From Bdellovibrionales bacterium (GTDB lineage Bacteria; Bdellovibrionota; Bdellovibrionia; Bdellovibrionales; JAGQZY01): a DNA stretch of 64,000 nt. Location: the NCBI GenBank assembly GCA_964230645.1, contig CAXRHT010000003.1, forward strand, positions 704,001 through 768,000, read 5' to 3'. The translations under genes and the position numbers were made by a program. This document shows, piece after piece, positions 56,431 through 64,000 of this stretch (position 1 is its first letter; each line of letters opens with the position of its first letter). The notes beneath the pieces are model-generated. The model did not search any database. It had not been told where the DNA came from and saw nothing but the letters and a program-made list of their open reading frames with translations.

Positions 56431-58161
56431 TTAGATAAGGATATAGCGAGTGGCTTTGCCGCGCCCTATTTTTTGTACAAGCTTTTTTTCTGTGAGTTCT
56501 TTTAAATCTCTAAGAGCGGTCATTCGAGTCACATCCCATTTCTCTCCATAGGAACTCACGCTGATCGGTGTCGGGTCCCCGTCGGAAATATACTGCATCT
56601 GCCGGTGGTTTAGGTCGGGAAACGGAATTTTTCGAATGCCTTTATCAAGCTCCGGTTCAGGTAGGGAGAATTCAGGTAGGATCAGTTCTACTTCAGGAGC
56701 CAGGTAGTAATACTGCTCGTCGGTGTAAATCCATTTTCCTTTGTCGCCAAGGATTTTTCGCAATCGACCCAATGTTGTGTATATTAGAGGATCATGACGA
56801 ATAATGTCGTACTCATAGCCCCAGATGTCTTCGATAATTGTTTGTTTGGTTGCCGGACCTGATTTTAAAAGATGCAAGATTTTCAGTTGGAGCTTGGAAA
56901 GATGTTTGCCTCGATTTTCGATGCCATCGTGATCGATGGTAAAACAGGTAGCTTCTGTCTCCGAAGCAACAATGTATTTTTTTCCGGGAGTGAGACCAAA
57001 GTAAGGTAGTAAAAGGATTAGAATTTCATTTTTTAAAATGACTTTTAGGGCCTCAGGGTTTTTAGAGTAAGCTTTGTCAAAAAGGTCACCAAGTTGATCT
57101 TCACCCACTTCTCGACTTTGTATATCATTTGAAAAGCGATCTTGGATCTTTCGATTAATCGTTCTCTCTATTCCGGAAGCTATTTCTCTCGATTTTTTTG
57201 CAAGCTCTAGGCTCTCCTGCCCGATGAGGTCAAATATTTTAACATTGAGTCCAAGCAGAGGGAGGTACAAACTCTTGTCCATTTCCTCATTGAGATAGTT
57301 TTGAGCGACATTTATAATTGAAAGTGCCTCAAGGTACTGGCCTTTGTGAATCATAAGCTGGCTTATTAAAGTGTTTAAGATGGCCACTTTTCTTTTGTTT
57401 TGATTTTTATAAACATAGTCGAAGTGTTGATTAAGAAAGTTATTGGCCTGTGCAAAATCACCCCTCAAGAAGTGGAGCTTCGAAATTTGCAAAACCAGCT
57501 CGGAGCAGGAGTAGTCATTTTTATTGTCCGTTCTTTTCAAATAATTTTTTAGATTGTTAATCTGTTTTTTTATTTTGGTATCAAAATCACTTTCATAAAT
57601 GAGTTTTGATATTTCTATTTCTGAAAAGAGCTCTTTAAGCCGGTTGGCCTTGGTAACCTTTAATGCCTCACCTAAAAGTTGCAGGCCTTGATGAACCTGA
57701 CCCATTTGGATCTTATTGTGTCCTTGTATATCAAGAGAAAGGCCGATGAGAAGGGGAGGGGGTTCCTCCATCAGCAATAAATGCGAGTAACCTTTTTCAG
57801 CAAATTCCTGACTTTTTGAATGCTTTGAAAAGAAAAAATGCAGGAAGCTCATTCCTTGCCAGGCATAAAACCCTGGAACACCTCTAAGAGAATACTTTTC
57901 GACAGTGGAGATGTTTTCAAGGAAGAGTTCTTTTGCTCTTTGGTAATCAGAGGTTCGTGTGTAGCTAATACCGATGTGGAAGCGAGCCACGACTTGATCG
58001 CCCTGCGGGAGTTTGGCTTCAAAGCTATCAAATAAGACCCTGGCCTCCTGATGTTGGCCTGTGAAAACGAGTCCTCCAATTTTGTAAGCCACTGATTTAA
58101 TTGAGGTTCTTTCCTCTGAGGCGGCCTTATATTGTCCAGAAAGATATTTTTTAATAGCCAA
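56431..58161 (-). CDS. Transcriptional regulator: TPR region, OmpR-type wHTH and a second C-terminal HTH
   Basis: TKQTIIEDIWGYEY......IYTTLGRLRKIL, then VTRMTALRDLKEL...LVQKIGRGKATRY. TTG start 58161 after GGGGA preferred over 58224. Confidence 0.8.
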   Translation of the reverse strand: MAIKKYLSGQYKAASEERTSIKSVAYKIGGLVFTGQHQEARVLFDSFEAKLPQGDQVVARFHIGISYTRTSDYQRAKELFLENISTVEKYSLRGVPGFYAWQGMSFLHFFFSKHSKSQEFAEKGYSHLLLMEEPPPLLIGLSLDIQGHNKIQMGQVHQGLQLLGEALKVTKANRLKELFSEIEISKLIYESDFDTKIKKQINNLKNYLKRTDNKNDYSCSELVLQISKLHFLRGDFAQANNFLNQHFDYVYKNQNKRKVAILNTLISQLMIHKGQYLEALSIINVAQNYLNEEMDKSLYLPLLGLNVKIFDLIGQESLELAKKSREIASGIERTINRKIQDRFSNDIQSREVGEDQLGDLFDKAYSKNPEALKVILKNEILILLLPYFGLTPGKKYIVASETEATCFTIDHDGIENRGKHLSKLQLKILHLLKSGPATKQTIIEDIWGYEYDIIRHDPLIYTTLGRLRKILGDKGKWIYTDEQYYYLAPEVELILPEFSLPEPELDKGIRKIPFPDLNHRQMQYISDGDPTPISVSSYGEKWDVTRMTALRDLKELTEKKLVQKIGRGKATRYILI

Positions 58162-58175
58162 CAGTTCCCCTAAAG

Positions 58176-58195
58176 ATACGAAACAATACGAAACA
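58176..58195. promoter_or_regulatory. Perfect 10-bp tandem direct repeat, candidate operator
   Basis: ATACGAAACA-ATACGAAACA between the divergent regulator and the cytochrome operon. Confidence 0.6.
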
Positions 58196-58278
58196 TTTTT
58201 ACCAGATGGAGTTCGTGGTCGCAAGCTCGTTGTGGGGTTACCTTGATTTCAACAACTTAACAACAAAAGGAGAAAAAG

Positions 58279-58617
58279 ATGAAAAAGTTAATTTTGGTGG
58301 TCGCAATGATGGGGATCTCACAAGCAGGATTTGCAAAGGGTGGAATTGATAGCCCCGCCGAGGCGGCTTTTAAAAATAGTCAGGCTGGATTTGTTGCCGA
58401 ATCCCTAGAGGACTCGCTTGAGCAATTCGTTCGAGTCAATCCTGAATTAAAAGACAGCGTGCAAGATGCCTCCGTGGTTTCGGAGACTCCTGAAGATTCT
58501 GTCGTAACAATCAGCTTAACCGATGGAAATGCCGTGACATTTACCTGTGCAGCCTTTGACGACTGGTCCAATAGTGGGACTGTTTTGAAAAAAGAAGTTG
58601 TTTGTCGTCGTCAGTAA
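58279..58617 (+). CDS. Small secreted protein
   Basis: AAGGAG RBS, signal ending GFA, two Cys. Confidence 0.8.
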   Translation: MKKLILVVAMMGISQAGFAKGGIDSPAEAAFKNSQAGFVAESLEDSLEQFVRVNPELKDSVQDASVVSETPEDSVVTISLTDGNAVTFTCAAFDDWSNSGTVLKKEVVCRRQ

Positions 58618-58626
58618 AGTCGGTGC

Positions 58627-58662
58627 CCTCAAGTGCAATCTAAGCACTTGAGGTTTTTTTTT
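58627..58662 (+). terminator. Intrinsic terminator inside the cluster
   Basis: CCTCAAGTGC-N7-GCACTTGAGG followed by T9. Confidence 0.8.
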
Positions 58663-58677
58663 CAATGGGGGAGAAAG

Positions 58678-59445
58678 ATGAAAAAGTTAATCGATTGTTT
58701 TTTGATGGGGTTATTGGTTTCCTGTAACTATTCCAATCAACACACTCCACCGAATGGAAGTGGCGCTGCAGCTAACAATGGGAGTACAGGTAATCAAGAA
58801 ATTTGTGAGCCTCTGCCTTCTGGCGAAACGCAAGCTGTACCCACCTTCAATGAAGTAAGAGATCAAGTCTTTCAAGTCCATTGTTTTCAGTGTCATGGCA
58901 ATGGGGGAAGTGCTGGTGGTGTTAATTTAGAAACCCACGGAGCCGCAGCACCTTGGGCGGCCCAAATTAAGTTTGATGTCGTGAACAACATTATGCCTAA
59001 AGCCCCCAACCCTCCCGTCCCACAAGCGGGTAAAGATTTGGTCGTTGCGTGGGTGGATGCGGGTGCCCCTAACAATCTCAGTGGGGTTGATTGCAAGCAG
59101 CCAGGTTCGGGTAATGACACCTCCCCAGGTCAACCGGATGGTGGTGATACAGACGGACCCTTTGACCCCTCAAATCCGCTGGAAGAAGTGCCTCCTGATA
59201 ATGAAATAAACTATGCACTCGTAAGAGAGAAAATTTTTAAGATTTCCTGTTTCTCTTGTCACTCCAATGCTGGGGGAAATGTGGATGGAATCAATTTAGA
59301 AACTTATTTTAACACAGTCGAAGAGATTGAAGATATCGAAGAAGTCATTAGAGAGGGCGAAATGCCACCGCCACCGCGTCCGTCTATAGGGACAATACCA
59401 AGGCGTGTTCTTCTTCGTTGGATTCAGCTCGGAGCACCAAGATAA
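58678..59445 (+). CDS. Diheme c-type cytochrome lipoprotein (two tandem domains)
   Basis: Lipobox LVSC, CFQCH and CFSCH, each followed by G(V/I)NLET...MP...W...GAP. ATG 58678. Confidence 0.85.
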   Translation: MKKLIDCFLMGLLVSCNYSNQHTPPNGSGAAANNGSTGNQEICEPLPSGETQAVPTFNEVRDQVFQVHCFQCHGNGGSAGGVNLETHGAAAPWAAQIKFDVVNNIMPKAPNPPVPQAGKDLVVAWVDAGAPNNLSGVDCKQPGSGNDTSPGQPDGGDTDGPFDPSNPLEEVPPDNEINYALVREKIFKISCFSCHSNAGGNVDGINLETYFNTVEEIEDIEEVIREGEMPPPPRPSIGTIPRRVLLRWIQLGAPR

Positions 59446-59459
59446 CAAGGAGAATGTAT

Positions 59460-60026
59460 ATGAAATTACTTATCAGTTTTTGCTTTTTAACTTTAACTTT
59501 TTTCGCCCAAGCTAATACTCATCTTAAATTGGGTGAGGGTAAAACCGAGTTCTTAGCAACGGGTAATCCTGGATTTTTAAAAATTCATGCCAGTGGCAAA
59601 GCACCGGAGGGGACGTTTCAGGTCAGTAAGGGTAAGCTCAGTGGAGAAGCAACGGTGGACCTCAACTCTCTAGATACAGGCATGTCTTTAAGAAATCAGC
59701 ATATGAAAGAGAAATATCTTGAGACGGAAAAATATCCAAAGGCAACATTAACGATCACCAATTTTGAATTACCTTCCGATTGGAAAATTACAGAGCCGGC
59801 AATTGAGGGAATAACAATTCCTGCGAAAATCACAATACATGGAAAGGAGAAGCCTATTCAGGTTGAGTTAACATTAAACTCGGACGCTAAAATGAAGGCT
59901 CAGTTTGGGCTAAAGATCTCTGATTTTAAGATTGGAGTGCCTTCTTTTATGGGTGTAACGGTTGCTGACAAAGTCGAGGTTAAAATCACGAGTCAAATTC
60001 AACCGGTTACTAACAAAGCAATTTGA
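59460..60026 (+). CDS. YceI-family protein
   Basis: SLDTGMSLRNQHM.EKYLETEKYP.A, TIHGKEK, SDFKI..P......VAD.V.V. Confidence 0.9.
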   Translation: MKLLISFCFLTLTFFAQANTHLKLGEGKTEFLATGNPGFLKIHASGKAPEGTFQVSKGKLSGEATVDLNSLDTGMSLRNQHMKEKYLETEKYPKATLTITNFELPSDWKITEPAIEGITIPAKITIHGKEKPIQVELTLNSDAKMKAQFGLKISDFKIGVPSFMGVTVADKVEVKITSQIQPVTNKAI

Positions 60027-60036
60027 GGCTAGGACA

Positions 60037-61116
60037 ATGTTTCTGCGTGCTATACTTCTATTGACTACGACTTTTCCCCTTACCTTGTTGGCCTACCCCC
60101 AGATGATTCGACATGGCTACAATAATTGTACCACTTGTCATGTGTCTCCAAGAGGAGGGGGAATGCCCACTGACTACGGTAGAGCTCTCAGTAAAGAGTT
60201 ATTAAGTACATGGTCTTACGAGGGAGAGGAACAGTGGGATTATGGCGCAATTGATGAGAAACCGGATTGGTTTAAGCTCGGGGGTGATTTTCGCACAGTA
60301 CAGGTACATACTCGTAACCAGCGCGGGACGATGGGACGATATATTATCATGCAGGAGCAAGTCGAGGCGGCGTTAAAGCATAAGAATTCTTACCTCAATA
60401 TTACCGCCGGGTCTGACACCCTCAAAGAGAGTCGCCCCTGGTATATTCCTCAATTTTATTTTTACACAAACCTAACAGACCACCTCAATATGCGTGTCGG
60501 TCGTTTCGTTCCACGTTTTGGAGTGAATACTCCTGAACACATATTTTCGACTCGAGGTCCTCTTGGGTTTGGTTTTCAAAGCGAAAGAGACACTTTAGAG
60601 TTTATGTACATTCAAAATAAATGGGATGTTTCTTTAGCGGTCGTTACAGGTGAACTAAGGAACAAAACGGAAGCTCAAGGATTTTATACCCAGATCAATT
60701 ATTCTTTTAGTACCAAGGAGAAAATCGGTATAAGTATAGAGAAACAGACAAGAGGAAGTGAGGATCTTTCTTTGTCGATGCACGGTTTAGTAGGTTTTAC
60801 AGATAAGCTTTATCTTATTACGGATTCAGTCTATCGAAACTCTGAGTCTGTAAATAACAGAATTCAGGAGGGCTTTTTTCACTTTTCAAAAATTGGATGG
60901 GAAATGGAGAAAGGGTTTCATTTTATTTTGATAGAAGACTTAAAGAAGCAGGATCTACAAGCTGCTGGCACAACGGAATTTCTCTATGGAGGAGGCTTTG
61001 TTTTTTTTCCGAGGCCACATTTGGAGATCCAGGGAGTTTTAGCGAAACAACGGGTCGCTAGGTTTGAATCAGGCGAGGGGGAATATGCGTGGCTAATGTT
61101 GCATTTTTATCTTTAG
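60037..61116 (+). CDS. Outer-membrane beta-barrel with N-terminal heme c motif
   Basis: Signal peptide, YPQMIRHGYNNCTTCHVSPRGGG, GGDFR, VGRFVPRFG, aromatic C-terminal strand LHFYL. Confidence 0.72.
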   Translation: MFLRAILLLTTTFPLTLLAYPQMIRHGYNNCTTCHVSPRGGGMPTDYGRALSKELLSTWSYEGEEQWDYGAIDEKPDWFKLGGDFRTVQVHTRNQRGTMGRYIIMQEQVEAALKHKNSYLNITAGSDTLKESRPWYIPQFYFYTNLTDHLNMRVGRFVPRFGVNTPEHIFSTRGPLGFGFQSERDTLEFMYIQNKWDVSLAVVTGELRNKTEAQGFYTQINYSFSTKEKIGISIEKQTRGSEDLSLSMHGLVGFTDKLYLITDSVYRNSESVNNRIQEGFFHFSKIGWEMEKGFHFILIEDLKKQDLQAAGTTEFLYGGGFVFFPRPHLEIQGVLAKQRVARFESGEGEYAWLMLHFYL

Positions 61117-61225
61117 AATTCAGCCAATAAAAGTGGTTAGATGGCCGCTTAATTACTTTTGGGAGACCAAAATTTGCTTACCTAGGTCGCCTAATTATGA
61201 TAACAGAAGGCTAATAGGGGGACTT

Positions 61226-61732
61226 ATGAAACTAGTCATCGTTTTTATCGTTTTTTTGACGGGAGCACTCCAATTGTTTGCGAAAGGAGGGGAACCGGAC
61301 ACTGAAGCTCTTTATATAGTCCCAACTCCCACTGATCTTGTCCCACACTCCCGCTTTATTGTACAAATCGTTGAGCCCTTTAGGGGGCCCGAAACTCAAA
61401 AGATTTCCTATGTTTTCCCAGAGGCCTTAATTGGTCAGGCGGATCGTAAAATCGAGTTCTCTCGAATAGCTGGCACAGAAAATAGTTGGGTGAGTGATGA
61501 GTTAACCGCCCATTGTACCATTATTGATGAATTCTTTTCCTGTAACATCTATGTGAATCAAGACCAAATATTCACTCAGTACCCGTGGCCCTTGCGTTGG
61601 ATTATGCCGACAGCTCAGGCTGCTTTACGAAAAATCTGCTCGGGAGTCTTTGCTCCTGGTGTGGTTGGAAGTGTACAAGAACAGTTTTGCTCCAATGAGC
61701 CAGCGGGGATTCTGTCCTATGAATTCCAATAG
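61226..61732 (+). CDS. Secreted hypothetical protein
   Basis: ATG after GGGGGA, signal ending LFA, C-terminal NEPAGILSY. Confidence 0.72.
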   Translation: MKLVIVFIVFLTGALQLFAKGGEPDTEALYIVPTPTDLVPHSRFIVQIVEPFRGPETQKISYVFPEALIGQADRKIEFSRIAGTENSWVSDELTAHCTIIDEFFSCNIYVNQDQIFTQYPWPLRWIMPTAQAALRKICSGVFAPGVVGSVQEQFCSNEPAGILSYEFQ

Positions 61733-62204
61733 TCAGAAAGTGAGCCATTCTTTTTATATCCCCTTCATGGGAAATGCTCTTCGCATTCAAGCCAATAAGA
61801 AGGGAGTCACCGAAATCTTTTGGTTAAAAAAGCTTCCTGAGAATCGGACGAGTTTGAATCCAGATCAAAACAAAATTAAAAAACAGATTAATGAATTTGT
61901 AAAAGGTCAATCACCCTTAAAACTCGCTATAGACTGGGAAAACCTTTCGGGCACGGAGTTTCAAAAAAAGGTGTGGAAAAAGATGTCCCAAATTCCCTAT
62001 GGGAAAACAAAGTCCTACGGCGAAATTGCGAAGAGTCTTAAAAAACCAGGAGCAGCAAGAGCTGTCGGCACGGCCTGCGGCAAAAACCCAGTGCTCTTAG
62101 CAATACCCTGCCACCGTGTGGTGGGAACCAGTGGTCTTGGCGGTTTCAGTGGTGGCGGTCTGCCCGTGAAAAAAAAGCTCCTCGCACTTGAGGGTTCAAT
62201 TTAA
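61719..62204 (+). CDS. ogt: Methylated-DNA-protein-cysteine methyltransferase
   Basis: GTEFQKKVW, IPYGKTKSYG, ARAVG.A, IPCHRV. Confidence 0.95.
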   Translation: MNSNSQKVSHSFYIPFMGNALRIQANKKGVTEIFWLKKLPENRTSLNPDQNKIKKQINEFVKGQSPLKLAIDWENLSGTEFQKKVWKKMSQIPYGKTKSYGEIAKSLKKPGAARAVGTACGKNPVLLAIPCHRVVGTSGLGGFSGGGLPVKKKLLALEGSI

Positions 62205-62213
62205 AAAATAGTG

Positions 62214-62759
62214 CTACTTGAGAGTCGCCGCGGCTTTGTTGGTGACTTTCTCAAAGACCTCATTCATCGCAATTTGACATTTCTCTTGAGCCTGACTGTT
62301 AGCAAAAAAGTTTCTTTTCCCTTCCCCTTTTTCATCAGCCACAATGTCACCCTTTTTATTCTTGATTTGGAGTCTATATTTGATCAGGCAACCCATGGTC
62401 CAAAAGTCATTCACCGACCGTATTCGAATCTCAGGGTGAAAGAAGTAGTGGATGTTTTCTTTCTTTTGGTCAGCACCTTGCTCGAGCACCACAACTTTTC
62501 TGGCACTTTTTTCCGTCACTTTTTTTAAGGCTCGAACAATCCCATCTGTGACATTTCGAAATTGGTAAGTGTAAACATCACTTTGGGTGTCATGGTTATC
62601 TTGAATAGCTCCTGGTTCAACGACAATGGCGACATTCTTATCAAGCACGGGCTTTCCTACTGAGGTGCCCTCGTCAAAATAAGCCAGATCGACCTTATGG
62701 GCGCAGCCAAAAAGAGTTGAGGTAAAAATAACGAGCCATGCGACCTTTATTGGATTCAT
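62214..62759 (-). CDS. Hypothetical lipoprotein
   Basis: ATG after GGGAG, lipobox LFGC. Confidence 0.75.
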   Translation of the reverse strand: MNPIKVAWLVIFTSTLFGCAHKVDLAYFDEGTSVGKPVLDKNVAIVVEPGAIQDNHDTQSDVYTYQFRNVTDGIVRALKKVTEKSARKVVVLEQGADQKKENIHYFFHPEIRIRSVNDFWTMGCLIKYRLQIKNKKGDIVADEKGEGKRNFFANSQAQEKCQIAMNEVFEKVTNKAAATLK

Positions 62760-63037
62760 TAAGAGTTCTCCCATTTAGATTAGAGGGGCTTGTAACCACT
62801 TTAATTCTTTTTTTCAATGTGGGAGAGGAGCTTTTTCTTATAATCGCAGTCCATTCCTTTCGGTTTGAGGGTGGGGAATTCCTGCTTTGCATAAAAATAA
62901 AGCATTTAGAAGGGGCAAACCTCGTTGAAAAGGGTTCTCGGGGATTGCACCGTGGCACAGCAAAAGCCTCATAATATTGACCTAGAGCCCTAACTGAGTG
63001 ATCTTGTTCCTCTTTATTCTAAACAGGGAAAAGAAAT

Positions 63038-64000
63038 ATGAAAAACTACCTTTTTACAAGTGAATCGGTTTCTGAAGGGCATCCGGATAAAATGGCTGAT
63101 CAAATCAGTGATGGTGTTCTTGATGCAATCTTAAAAGATGATCCTCAAGGTCGTGTGGCCGCTGAGACCATGATCACAACAGGAATGGCTGTTGTGGCTG
63201 GCGAAATCTCAACAAAAACTTACGTAGAAATTCCAGAGATCGTTCGTGAAGTGATCAAGGACATTGGTTACGACAGCAGTGATAAAGGTTTCGATTATAG
63301 AACTTGCGCTGTCCTCACCTCTATTGACCAGCAAAGCCCTGACATCGCCATGGGTGTTGATGAGGCTGGTGGGAAAGAGCAAGGGGCTGGTGACCAAGGA
63401 TTGATGTTTGGTTATGCCATCAATGAAACTCCAGAGCTTATGCCGTTAACAACCTCGCTTTCCCATAAGCTTGTGAAAACTTTAGCTGACAAAAGAAAAA
63501 ACAACACAGTCGATTGGCTTCGTCCAGACAGTAAAAGCCAAGTGACTTTCGAGTACGTCGACGGAAAACCAAAACGTGTGGATGCTGTGGTTATTTCCAC
63601 TCAACATGGTCCCGACGTTTCTCAAGACAAAATCAAAGAATTTGTCATCGATGGTGTTATTCGTGAAGTGATCGACTCACAATGGATGGATGAAAAAACT
63701 AAATTTTTCGTAAACCCAACAGGTAAATTTGTTATCGGTGGTCCCCAAGGGGATTGTGGTCTTACAGGAAGAAAAATCATCGTCGATACTTATGGTGGTC
63801 ACGGCGCTCATGGTGGAGGGGCTTTCTCAGGAAAAGATCCTTCTAAGGTGGATCGCTCGGCAGCCTATGCTGGTCGTCACATTGCTAAAAACATTGTAGC
63901 GGCAGGTCTTGCTGATAAATGTCTCGTTCAGCTCGCCTACGCGATCGGTGTTTCAGAGCCTGTCAGTGTTATGGTCGATGCTTATGGAACAGGGAAAGTC
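63038..64000 (+). CDS. metK: S-adenosylmethionine synthetase (cut by the window end)
   Basis: [69 protein letters not shown]. Not in the ORF track because there is no stop in the window. Confidence 0.98.
   Translation, partial: MKNYLFTSESVSEGHPDKMADQISDGVLDAILKDDPQGRVAAETMITTGMAVVAGEISTKTYVEIPEIVREVIKDIGYDSSDKGFDYRTCAVLTSIDQQSPDIAMGVDEAGGKEQGAGDQGLMFGYAINETPELMPLTTSLSHKLVKTLADKRKNNTVDWLRPDSKSQVTFEYVDGKPKRVDAVVISTQHGPDVSQDKIKEFVIDGVIREVIDSQWMDEKTKFFVNPTGKFVIGGPQGDCGLTGRKIIVDTYGGHGAHGGGAFSGKDPSKVDRSAAYAGRHIAKNIVAAGLADKCLVQLAYAIGVSEPVSVMVDAYGTGKV

Noticed and set aside
62800..63037. SAM riboswitch or sigma54 promoter (TGGCACAGCAAAAGC at 62953) upstream of metK
   Set aside because: No SAM-I/II consensus recognised, and the -12 element lacks TT, so it is too weak to call.
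81..63600. The many 60-160 aa ORFs nested in or antisense to long genes
   Set aside because: Shadow ORFs of well-supported genes with no independent RBS or motifs.
1..64000. CRISPR array, rRNA, tRNA, transposase, integrase, reverse transcriptase
   Set aside because: No spaced direct repeats, RNA-gene signatures or such protein motifs were recognised by eye.

Overview
64 kb of chromosome from what is very probably a Bdellovibrionota (Bdellovibrio-like predatory) bacterium. The assignment is inferred from the Agl-Glt gliding locus, FQNC-type lipoproteins, an FHA-sigma54 activator and FliA-type promoters. The core backbone runs phoH-like, argG-argH, tadA/cpaF, eno-ftsB, polA, htpX, fliL, engB, kdsB-pyrG-kdsD-kdsC, a ten-gene Glt/AglRQS gliding locus, fused lptC/A, lptB, rpoN, ogt and metK (runs off the window end). 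It is interrupted by islets of secreted or lipoprotein genes of unknown function. I found no rRNA, tRNA, CRISPR array or transposase. Most notable: (1) two long, nearly perfect inverted-repeat elements with branched inner folds, each preceded by coding DNA whose third codon positions are strongly shifted to A/C; (2) a three-gene cassette of secreted, lysine-depleted, hydrophobic-hairpin proteins (two are paralogs) behind a sigma54-like promoter, inserted between kdsD and kdsC, a candidate multi-component pore-forming toxin; (3) a diheme cytochrome c / YceI / heme-bearing outer-membrane barrel operon divergent from a TPR-wHTH regulator with a tandem-repeat operator; (4) a VWA-domain lipoprotein split by Cys-rich repeats; (5) a probable ATT start codon for lptB; (6) recurring FliA, sigma54 and TGTYTCA-N3-TGARAC promoter motifs. 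Several starts were moved from the ORF track using RBS position and family N-termini. All family calls come from motif recognition by eye, not database searches.
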